From contig NIVC01001072.1 of NCBI GenBank assembly GCA_002269645.1, positions 248,001-312,000 on the forward strand: DNA of 64,000 nt. Reading direction: 5' to 3'. Source of the DNA: Macrostomum lignano. Taxonomy: Eukaryota. The notes beneath the pieces were generated by a model. That model had not been told where the DNA came from. It saw nothing but the letters and a program-made list of their open reading frames with translations, and did not search any database. Each line of letters opens with the position of its first letter. Position 1 is the stretch's first letter. Of this stretch, positions 38,316 to 50,300 are shown in pieces. The position numbers and the translations under genes are program-made.

Positions 38316-41300
38316 GTAGTGAATGTCTTATTCTTTATTTAAGTTAATAATTGACATTATAAATGTAGGGCCTAATATAATATGAGCATATTATAATAAT
38401 CAGTACTTATTGAGCCAGTTAAAAGCGTAGCAAAGAGCTAAAGCATAACTAATGTAACTAACACTGAGTCGAGTATGAATATTTATAATTCATTTGTTTT
38501 TTATTTTAGTATTTAATTTGTAAGATCTGATCCTGACTGAATAAGTTGATTTAAAATATATTATTAAAAAAACAAATTTAAAGTATAATTATAAGAATAA
38601 ATCTTAAAACCTAATCCTTAAGGGAAGGCATGTTTTAAGAATCAATAGTATTACTTCAAGTGTATTATTAGTAAATTATTAATTTAGTATGATAAATCAA
38701 ATCAAATATTAATACTTTATATATAATAATTTATAATTTTATAATTTTATATTAGGCCTGAATTAGGCAGGCTATGGGTCCTTAATATGCATTATTGATC
38801 AATTTGACTACCTGACTAGGCCTTTATGTTATGTTATTGACTATTTATGTTAAAAATTGTATAAAATAAACAAAGCATATTAAGAGGATACATGTAAGAC
38901 TAAGACCACCACACTCTAGATCATATAGTATATGCCCAAAAATTCGGGCATGCATTGGCCTTGCACACCAAAATTAGGCTTATACAATTGGCATGCATCA
39001 CTCCTAAGAAGAAAGTAGTGTGCATACCTGGTGTGCATTTTATAGAATCACGCGTAAAAGTTATTGTGAAGTAGAAAAAAGATGAAAAGGTTCATTTTTA
39101 AGTGCAAATTTCAAGCTTTCCAGTTTTTTCAAGCTTGTGAAAGGGCATTTAAACAAATTTTTACATGTATAAATTTTTCACCATAAAAAAGTATCACTGA
39201 AAAAACATAAAAAGCAACCAAATTATCTGGTAATAAGCCGTAGGGTGTCCAGCGAGCCTATTTTTAGCATGTGCAAAACCGAAAAACGGTAAAAAAGTGG
39301 TCTTCTTTAAATGTCTGTAACTTTTTAAATATTTGAGATATGACCACGTTCTTATATTCATTGAAAAGAAGGCAAACAGATGTTTCAAACGACATATAGT
39401 TTACACGTTTAGGACATACGATTACAAAGATACAGCCTGTCAAACATCGTGTACATTTTCATACATTTTCAAAACTGTGCCGAATTTGCTTGAAAATATG
39501 GGATCGGGAGGATTCGTTTTTTAGTAAATGAGTGCATAACTACTAAGAATGATTGCACACTGAGTGTAGGTAACTTCCTGGAGGTCATTTTAAGTGAACT
39601 TTTTTTGTTCAAAAATATGTACATGTACATGTACATGTAAAATTTAAAATGGCCATAACTTTTGAATGGAAAGAGCGGCCACCCTAATTCTTTTTGCTAC
39701 TTACTTTTAATGACAAAATAAAACTTTTAGGCTAGACAGGATGAGTGTAACTCTTGCCGCAGTATGCCTAATGGAAATCGCCAAAATGCATGCAAATCCC
39801 CATAAGGGACATAAAAATCGGGAAATTTTTAAAGCTCAAAAGAATGGCCAGTTAGTTTCTTTGATAAAATGATAGCAAAACAGGCCAAACTCTTTGTCCT
39901 AAAGGCACATACTGATAACTTTTGCCACACCAAAGTTATGAAGCATATTTGGCACAGCTGTACAGGCAAATACACTATGGAGATAGGAAAAATGTACATT
40001 GAGGGGCTGTATGCTTCACAAATCAGTCACACATGTAATTTTTTTCAAAAGAGGATAGATGGACTCACGATATACTTCATCCTTTATGCACATCTCACCA
40101 ATCCATTGTATAATTAACTATATCTAGTAAATATAGGGCATGGTTGAATGAAAATACGGAGAATGGGTATAGTGAGAAGAGATGCACATATTAATATATG
40201 CTGTGGTTCCTGCACCTATGATATGATGTTTGTTGAGGTAAAATGTAATGACTAAATTATGTTAACACATTATTTGTTTCAGATGACTGCTATTATTGGT
40301 ACTGTACATATGTATATTTCTATACATGGAAAGATGGAGGTCAAAAGGAAGGCTTCCACTGTGGAAATGCTGGAAATGGACCCTAGCAAAGCTATCCCAA
40401 CAAGCCATCTTTGGCATTTGTCTGTTCAACTTGTCAATGCTAATTGACCTTTCTGATATGACTTTACAAACTGTATAACTTATTAATAATGAAGGAAGTT
40501 TAAAAAACAGTTACTGGTAGGGCAACCTACATGTATATACATTGTTTGTACAGTACATCTTAGAAGTTAAACTCAGTATTGGATTTTGGGTGGTAGTACA
40601 AAGGGCGTGCCTTCCCAGAGATTTTGCTTTTCTCACTTTCTCTATGGGTAGTACATTATTATGTACATATACATATACATGAAGTACATATACTGCATGT
40701 ACCTGTACTCTACATCCCCATTCAAAGTTTTCTGGATCCGCGCCTGGTAAAATTTAAGCCTATGGAACAGTATGTTACTCAATGTCTTCATCGTCTAGCA
40801 CATGGAGGTCATTGTCTAAGTAGTCCTTGTACAGGTTGTAGATAAAAACTTCATTTGGGCCAGTCTCATCGAAGGTGACCTCGAAGTTCCATGAAAGTAC
40901 ATCATGGCTGGCGCATGGCAGTCGACGCTGAACGTAGCCTTCCTCCCATTGCTCAGAACCATCAGCATAGCCAAATCGCATTTCAATGCGTCGACACTCG
41001 AGGACTGGTAAGTTCTGAAGCGATGGTGCCTGCCTGGGTTGGGCCTCGGGCTCGGCATCCGACTCGCGCTCGGACTCGGAGGTCGAGTCGTGAGGCCGCT
41101 TGGTAGTTGGATGTATACCTGCACGCCCGCAACCACGCGCACGCCCACGCCCACGTCCCCGTCCTCCATGTCCGCCTTCGCTGGTGCCCTGAGCCTGAGC
41201 TCCATTGCCTGCGCTGCCTCTGCCTCTACCTTGGCCACGACCACGCCTCGTCCCACGCCCACGCGATCCGGCAGCTACAGATGAGGCTGTTCGCGCAGGC

Positions 41301-44300
41301 TCCAGCTTCTTTGCGATTGCTGCCTTAACACGATCAGCACGCTCATTGGCAGATCGCATCGATACAGCCTGCGCGTCATCCTCCTTGGCTGTGGCAGCTA
41401 TCTTTTCCCTCTGTAGATGGGCCAGAAATTCTTGCAGGTTGTCAGTGAGAAGCTGCACTGACCTTTTTGCGCCAGAATCGGTGAGGTTCAGGCAGCCTGC
41501 CATGTCATTGGGGATCGTTGGCTCTGTTTAGGGAGGGTGTTAGTAGGGAATGCGCATTCAGTAATGACAATTAATCCTAAGAGTGGGGTATGCATGAGCG
41601 CAGGCAGTAATAAATATATATTACTCATTGCTTTGTGCAGTCGCAGTTGGGAGAGCACGGCTGGCTCATGCAGCCGCTCAGGCAGGTCCTGAAGCCTGTT
41701 CTGCATCTCGGAAACTGTGAGCCACAGGCCACCGTAGTCCTGCACCGCGTTGATCAGGTCGCGGAGCGAACTCTCCCTGGCGATCTTTCTGTGCTGATCC
41801 TGGGCGATTCGAGCCTGCTGCTGGTGCTGCTGTGCAGCTCGAACAGCCCTGGCATCCGCCTTGGCCTGCATCTCCACCTTCTTCGCGATGTGCCGTGCTC
41901 GCGACAGCATTGCGTCCTGCTCTTCCAGTGACTTCTGGCGAAGCCACTCGCTCGTCCCGTTCTGTTTAAAGAGCACGAACGTCTCGCGAGCCAGGGGCCG
42001 CATGTTGGGCTTCGACCTTACAGTGCTGTCCAGTACTGCAAAAGACACCTCACACGCGACATTGTCCTTGGGAGCAGCGGCAGCCAAACGGGAATTGTCG
42101 TCTGCCAGATTGCGCAGCGCACCACCTGGCAGGTGATCAACCACCTCACGGCGGACGAGGACCAACATGTGCGCCGCAGCGACCTGTACAAATGGTGGGG
42201 AGGATGGGTGTTAGTAGGTCACAGTTTTTCTTTCAGTAAGTGACACGCAGTGGGTTGTACTGTTTTTGTTGTTGCCTCACCTGCAGAGCCTGGCCAAGAA
42301 GGTCATTGTCCAGCTCCGAGGCGTCGGAGCTGAGGGTTGCCCACATGGCCTTGGCATCCTGCGGCTCCAGCACGGCATTGGCAAGGTCAGGGAATGGCCC
42401 GCTGAGGTCCTCTGGGAAGCGGATAGTATCTGTGGAGACCACCTCCTTGAGCCACTCACACAATTGCTCATAGCGGCCGTTCATGTCTATGAGGCTGACT
42501 TTTGACCTAGGGCTCCGGAGAAGCAACCACAGGGGCCGGATGACCAGGAAGTCAAGGACACCCAACGCGCGACAGCCAGTGAGGAGGACGTTGGACGCCA
42601 AGTCGTTCTTCACGGCTACGAGGAGGCGATTGCTGCACGGGTACTCGTCCAGGAAGGCTGTGAGCAGCTCTCGCTGGGAAAACACGTGGCCGCCATTGGG
42701 AAAGAGGACGTACGCACGGTTGCCTCTGAAGTCCTCCATCTCGAAGGGCTTTGCGCCGCGCGACTGCAAATAGACCTCGAAAGGAACGGCGACGCCACAC
42801 TGCTCGTTCCCCAGGCGATGGAAGGCCTTGCTGACCGTTCTGATGAGCCGCTGACTGCCTGTTTACAAGTAATAAAGGTGAAATACTGAGCAATTTTTTA
42901 CTATAAATTGCCTTCAGAATCTTACCTGACTCTGCCTTGGCGGTTTTATACCCCGGTACAGCTGCTGCACCAAGCGGTGCGGCCGATACGCAGCGTTCCC
43001 AGTCACTCAAGCCTTTCTCCACCGCAGCAGCCAGGTTAACGATGACGTGCATGCCACAGAACAGTGCGGTCACCTTCTCCGGATGAGCCAAACCGTCCTG
43101 GGACGTCAACGTCGCACGCATCTCGTTAAGCAGCTGCAGCAGACATTTGTTTACGACATGGCGGTCCGTCATTAAAAAGTTTACCCGCACAAAAACGCTG
43201 CGCTTCATCTCCCGTCGAGCCTGTTCATCGTCTCGCACCGGCTTGACAATGTCACAAAATGCGTCCACAAGCTGGTCGATGGACGTGTCCATCTCGCGGG
43301 CGTACATCTGCGCCGTGCCGCCCTCGACCTGTCGGAGCGTCAGTGCGACCTGGCCGTCACCAGTATCGGCCTGTACGTGTAAAAGGAAAACGGTTTGTAG
43401 TACTATTCTAACATTCTATGTTTTCTGGAACGTTTACTTTATAATTATAAAGTTGAATCTGCCCATACACACGCGACTAACTGGAATACCCCGTGTCTTT
43501 TCTCATTTCTACCTGCAGAACACTCCAATGGTCGCCCCATTTGCTCGTAGCATCGGTCATCAGCGTCAACGGTTTGTCCGCCTCTGATGCGAGCAGGATG
43601 CTCTCCATGGCCTTCGCCTTGGCGAGGCTGTTGCCAACGCCGTACGTGACCGAGCTGATAAGCGAGTCCGAGGGCAGCTTGTCGCCCATCTGCAACTCAC
43701 AGAGCTGCTCGGCGACAGTGACAATAGTGTCGCGGACGGCTCGAACAGGGACGTGGCACTTCAGCACCAGATTCGTGCAGGTGGCGATGACGCGGTTGGT
43801 GTACTGCTTTCCACCAGCACCTCTCGGCTCCCGCGTCTGCAGTACACGCATCTGGCCCGCTTGGAATGTGGCCTGGAGCTGTTGGATCTGTTTGGTGTTT
43901 AGAGTACTGTACGTTTGAAGAACAATGCTTCCCAATCTCTGTCATTCCCAATCTGATACCCCACCCTTGCACCATATCCAATGCACCATATAATGACAAG
44001 TGAACAACAATCTGTTACTCATGCAACTTACGCGACTGTTCGAGGTAGCCAGCATTTCGTGCATCTCGCGCAGCTCGGCACGTACCGAGGCATTTCTGCG
44101 CTCAGCAGCAGCTTCCGCTCGAGCAGCCTGGCGACGTTTCTTGGCCAGCTTGGCCTCACTCGTCTCCACCAGCTGCCGGCTTTTGCTGCTCAATTGCCGT
44201 CGAACTACGTACAGCCGATCTTGCAGACGCCGGACACGCTGCAACCACACCTTCCGCTGTGGACGCTTGGCTAGCTCATCGTGCAGCTTTCGTACAGTCG

Positions 44301-47300
44301 CTTCTGACCGTTCCAGCTGGGCCCGAAGATCGCGTACAGCTTCTCGAAGGCCTACATCGACGCCCCGCTCCTCTTCAGGGGACCGGGCAGCAGCAGTAGC
44401 AGAAGAAGTTCGGGTTGGCGTGCTAGGAGTCGGTTGTGGCACATTTGCAGCTGAGACTGGTACCACTGCAGGAAAGGCGAACGCTTTGTCCATGTAGATG
44501 GACCAGGCACTCTGCTTGCCAGCAGCTTCCTCGCGCACTTTCGACCTCTCCAGTTCCCGCGCCTTTGCCTTCACTTTCGTTGCTGCTCGAAACAAGTTAC
44601 TTAGCACACCTGCTTCAGTTTCAGCAGGCAGACTAAGACAGTCTGCCAAGGCTTTCCGCACCTCGGAGCTGGGTAACTTGGCCTTGATGGATGCCTCCAG
44701 GGTGGCAAGCATCACACCGTTGGTACATGTAACTGGCTCAGTCATTGCACTGAATTTGTATTGCTCTATTGCACTGAAGAGTGGTTACAGTGAACAATTT
44801 CTATGAATCAAATGATGCAGGTAAACTGTAAAGGTAGAGTCTATTGCAGAATTGGGGCCTTTTCAAACATGAAATTTTATGATTTAGTAACATACTACTT
44901 ACATGTATTAAAGTGTGAATTCCTCCCTGTCAGCCATAATAGCGCTGCAGACATTTTCGGACAAGTTTTTTTTGTGATAAATAAATAGACTCCTACTCTT
45001 AACTGCCAGTGTTCGTACAACAACTACTAGCTATATTGACTCAAACGGGTACAAAAATAAAATTAAGACGACGATACATGAGACTTCAAAAATCCACATG
45101 CAGTCTAGAAATGTGCGTACACAGCTGTATATTACTTGCAATCTTAAAGTGGGAACCAAAGACCACTAGAACTTAGTTGAATCAGGTAACACGTAATTGT
45201 TGCACATTTTTGAAGGCTTACTCGTTTACATGTACGTATGTACTCATACGTTGTTAAGGCTTTGATTCACGTTAAATCTACATAATTCTAGTGGTCCTTT
45301 GGTACAAACACTTCCACATCAGCCAGACGTCCACCGGCGTCACATACATACATGTATATACACTCGAACGGAGGTAGCAGTTATTCCTCATGTGGAGTAC
45401 ATGATGTTTGAAGTACGCTGTCTAGCAAGGCAGACCAGTTAATGGGATTTGGAGCTGGCTCTTCGTTGTTTGAAGAAGGCTGGGCAAGGGTGAGGACCCG
45501 GTTGTTCACCTCGTCCTCGTAGTAACCAGGAATCCTGCTGGTTAAAGCTGAGGCTGTTAGGACATTGTCCAACACAGCAGACCAATTTATGACACCACTC
45601 ATTTTAATTTTCCAGGCTGTAAGTCAAATATGCAGGTGACAAACACTTACAATAGCATCAACATCGCTACATACAGCTACACGACATATACCATACCAAC
45701 CTTAGCAGGACCTCAATTAGGATACTATAGCTGGGAACAACCCAAACAGACCCTGCATCTACACATGCGCACTATTACATGTACATGCAGTAGAATTTTA
45801 TTTTACCACAAAAACTACACGACACAGACGCGAACATACGAATTGTGTTATAAATGTACATACAAGTAATTAGTTAACCCTGCTGCGGCATGCGTACTGG
45901 TGCAGGAGGGGGTGGGGAGGGGGGCGGAGACGGTGGAGGACTGCGACGATGTGGGAGCAGGGGCAGTCTAAAAAAATCTTCGCCCAGTTCATCATCATCT
46001 TCTTCCTCTCGATCCTCTTCTTCTGCTGCAGCCTGTCGCTGCCTTTGAAGCTCCAACACCTCCTGCTGCCTCCGCACGCCCATTTGCTGGTACTCTAGTA
46101 GCTGTTGCTGTCGCTCCAACAGCCGCTGTTGCTCCCCGAACAGCCGGTCTAATGCAGCAAGCCTGTCTTGCTGCTGCTGCACGCTGGGGTTATGTACATT
46201 ATGCGGCTGCAGTAACTGCTGCTGCTGATGCATGTTCACCTGCAGCTGCTCAATTACCAGCCGCTGTTTCTCCCCAAACTCTTCCCGCAGGTCCTCCAGA
46301 TAAGGTATCAGAACCTCGGGTGCCTCGTCCTCCATCACGTCCTCTTCCTCTTGCTCATTATGTCGATCCATGGGTACCTATATAGCTGCAAAATGCAGCT
46401 GTGCAGTAGTATTGCTGTCCTGATTACATATATCTCCTACCATTGAGGCTGTACCCGACCATTATTTATCAACTATTTGCAATCTAGCTGAGAAACTTCT
46501 CTCACCTCCCTAGTTCAACTGGTGCAGCCGAATCAAGCAGCCGGAATCACATGTGCACATGCAACGAAGCCTTCATGGGATAAAATGAACAACGCACGAA
46601 AAAAAGTAGAATCGATCAGGATTAAAAAGCACATCGAGTGCTGGCAGTTGCCAAACTGGCTAACTGTAGGTATAAAACATTTTGAAGCAAACAGCTCTTT
46701 TCTGAGTTTGCATTTAATTTCTCTTGAAATAAAAAGTCTTTTACATACAGAAGCAAACAGTGCAGGCATTCAGAAGCTGGAGTTGAGGTATATGCTATAT
46801 CTTATACATCACACTTAATTCAAACCTTACTACACTCTTCACTTTCCTGTAATATACATATTTACCTACAGTCTACAAGTACATTTTAAAATGCACCAAA
46901 CGTTAAATTACAACAGATCAGACACCTACAATAATTGCTAACAAAACGACAATGTATTTAGGTAGCAAATAAAAGTCACAAATCTTCTCCGCAACACGCT
47001 TCCCTGCACCATACAAACCATAGTCCAATTAAAGGAATGTCCAACGTCGGCCTTCTACCAGTGACAGTTGGGACAAACCCTGTCACTGTATAAAAGCTGC
47101 AAAAGTGAGTACATGGGTTTCTTAGACCATAATAGACACAATGTTAGCCTATTGAACTCTAATTGCACTCTAACTAGCCTACTGAGTTAGTAGAAAGTTA
47201 AACGTCAGCATAACAATTCTTGGACGACTTTTTCGCCAAGAGTTAAAGAGTTGTTTGCAATTACTTTTTAGCGACTCTTGTCACATTATCATTTTCAACA

Positions 47301-50300
47301 GGTTAAGATTGGCATGAGCTACATAGATTTTTAGACACCATTGACATCTAGAGTGGTACTTTGGAAGACCCATTTTCATTAAAATAATGGTCGATCATTT
47401 GCATACTACTAACAGTAGGAAGATAAGAATCTTACCAATTATAGTATATAAGTATTGCTTTGATATGACAATAGTAAAAATAAGGTAAATGGTAAGTATA
47501 CCATGACAAAGCCAAAGAATGGTACTCCTACACATTTTTTTGCTTCATTTTTTTGTCTTAATCCCTAGATATCTGCATTTATAGAATGGTATATATGTAC
47601 AAAAATATTAGAAAATGTTATGGTAACAAAAATCTACAAAATAACACCTAAAACACAAAAATCGGTTATGAAATAAAAAAGTTACAGACATTTTACTGCA
47701 AAAAACATGCTTTTTTGCCCAAAAATGGCACAGTTTTCAGTGTATTTGAGATGGGAAAAAAACACCATTTTTTGAAACAAAAAACTTCATAACTTTTTTA
47801 TTACTTGATCAATTTTCAAAAGTCTAGTGTCATTTCACTCATAACATCTAGGACTACTACATGGCATGATTAAAAATTTGGATTTTGAAAAAAAAATTTT
47901 CTCACTGGACCCCCTAAATAAGGGTCTATTACGCAATTAAAAAAAAAATTTTTTTTGATATGACATAAAAAGGTCATCTATTGTTGCAACACCAGCATAT
48001 TTTTGAGAATAGGTGTGAGAATAGGCGTGCACTACATTTTTTCTGGCATGCATTTGTAATTATTCAATTTTTGTTCAAGGGTGCACCTAGCATGATCCGG
48101 ACTATGGTAAGACCATAGTTTGGAAGGTGACATGTATGCCGGGATTTCCTGGTGTTCTACAAGGGTCTTTCCATTTTTCAGCATACATCAGGTTATATCC
48201 TGGTATATATATCATACGCCTAGTAGATACACTGTGTCAATGACAAATTTTTTGTATTGGCATATAAACCCAGTGTACAAACAAGGTCTTGTCATTTTTT
48301 GGCATTAAACCTAGCATTTACTAATACACAATCCAAACTATGGATGTAGGATAACAAAGGCAAGAATAGCTTATATTTTAAGTTTTTTTTACGAGCTGTA
48401 ATGTTAAAACCTTTAGATTTTATACCCGTTGCATAATTCCAATTCTTATCCCAAGTAGAACTTTTTGTATGCATTTTGAAATATAAAGTCATACTAAAAA
48501 AATCCTTGCTAATAGTTAAGGAAGAATAAGCTAAACTTGGATTTGATTTAGGTTAAAGTGAGCTGGTTCACTTAGACTCAGGGAGTTCAATACACTATGA
48601 GTGCAATATTAATAAGTTATAGATATTTGCAATTTTGTATTAAGAAACAAGTTTAGGTAGGTCTATTTTGTTTTTAACAAATTTGCTTGACTTGTTTTAA
48701 CTATTGACAAATTAGATATTGACAAATTTGGTATAACCCAATTGGGCCTATGCTATTAAGCCAAAACTTTATTTACTACTAGATTGGCAATTACCAATTA
48801 AATATTATCTAATACTAATACTAATAGCCTACTTAAAATTGTGAATATGCTTCATTATATAATTCTTTCACATTTGTTCATTCACTAAAACTATAAAAAT
48901 TGTGATGAATATAGCTAAATTATAAAGTACCCAGTGGGAAATTCTGGTACGCCCAAGGGTGCGCAGACCGCGGCGCCCGGTGGCCTGTGGCCGGTAGCGG
49001 GGCGCACTCTTTGTCCAGTCGGGGCGCCGGCCTTATACCCGGCGCCCGGTGGACTGCCCAATAAATTAAGGCAAGAATTGGTTTACTCTACTAACAGTAG
49101 TATGCAGGGCTTTTACTGATATATTTTGCTCTGGCAGCAGCCTAGCTTTCTGGTTGTTTCAAAATTGAATTTATTTCCAAATAATTTTCAGAGCTATCTG
49201 ATTTTTTTAAGCAATTGTCTCTTCCATTATAAATTTAAACAACCTTGCTGCTACCTGCTTACGAAGTTTGCCTTTTGTAAATTTTTTTGCAGTTCTTTAG
49301 AAAATTAGTTTGAGTCTATGAATGAAATCGAATAAGAAACTTAAATGTAATGAAATTTGAATTTATTTAGCGAAGTTAAATGGAACTGATATTAAAACAC
49401 AATATTAAAACGAAAAATAGTTAAGTTTTTGGCAACAAAGGTGTTGAAAGAATGTCAGTTTTAAAATCATTTTGACAGCATTTACTCGTAAAATACGTGC
49501 TCTCATAATTAGAAGATTTTAAATTGTCCATCATCCAGCTCTCGCTGATCTTCGGACCAGTTTGATCCACTTGATTCGGTTTCGTCATCAGATTCGAGAG
49601 AGCAGTCAGTGCGGTAGTTGGTTTTTGACTTTGCTGAACGGGGGCGATGGTTGTTCCGCTTTCGAGGCTGAGAATCCAACTGAATACTCGCTCGCTTTCT
49701 GGATTGGGAGCTCGGCTTTGCTGTCGCCGCTGGCGGCACTTCTCCCGCTGATAGTCGCGATGGTGTCTGTGACATTGGAAAGAAAACAAAAAATTACTGC
49801 ATGCACATTTTATCTTACTGATAGTAGTATTTAATGCTTAGCAATCATAGTATTCATCGTTCATTATTCAGTTTAGATACGTTTTTACTCACTAGGGAAA
49901 AAGAAGATGAATGGCTGTGTCTTTGCACGGCGCTGCCAGAAGCGGGACTTTGAGTCGCTGCCACCAAAGACCGTCTTTGCACGGCGCTGCCAGAAGCGGG
50001 ACTTTGAGTCGCTGTCACCAGAGATCGTCTTTGCACAGCGCTGCCAGAAGCGGGACTTTGAGTCGCTGCCACCAAAGACCGTCTTTGCACGGCGCTGCCA
50101 GAAGCGGGGCTTGGAGTCGCTGCCACCAGAGACTGTCTTTTTACGGCGCTGCCAGAAGCGGGGCTTGGAGTCGCTGCCACCAGAGACTGTCTTTGTACGG
50201 CGCTGCCAGAAGCGGGACTTTGAGTCGCTGCCACCAGAGACTGTCTTTGTACGGCGCTGCCAGAAGCGGGGCTTGGAGTCGCTGCCACCAGAGACTGTCT

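Larger units (their letters stand above)
39241..47916 (-). mobile_element. Divergent hAT-like cut-and-paste DNA transposon (ends provisional) inside SURF4 intron 1
   Basis: Imperfect inverted ends TAGGGTGTCCAGCGAG (39241) and CTCACTGGACCCCCTA (47901-47916); perfect 18-bp subterminal inverted repeat AAATGTCTGTAACTTTTT (39309-39326 / 47676-47693); encloses a DDE transposase gene. Confidence 0.7.

Noticed and set aside
39884-40447. Plus-strand exon-like pieces (acceptor at 40282; CPKGTY and DDCYYWYC…[10 protein letters not shown] frames)
   Set aside because: Short, interrupted by stops and could not be joined into a coherent gene; kept only as possible cryptic exons.
42838-42850. CTGATGAG hammerhead-core motif
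   Set aside because: Lies inside transposase coding sequence with no flanking stems or GAAA partner.
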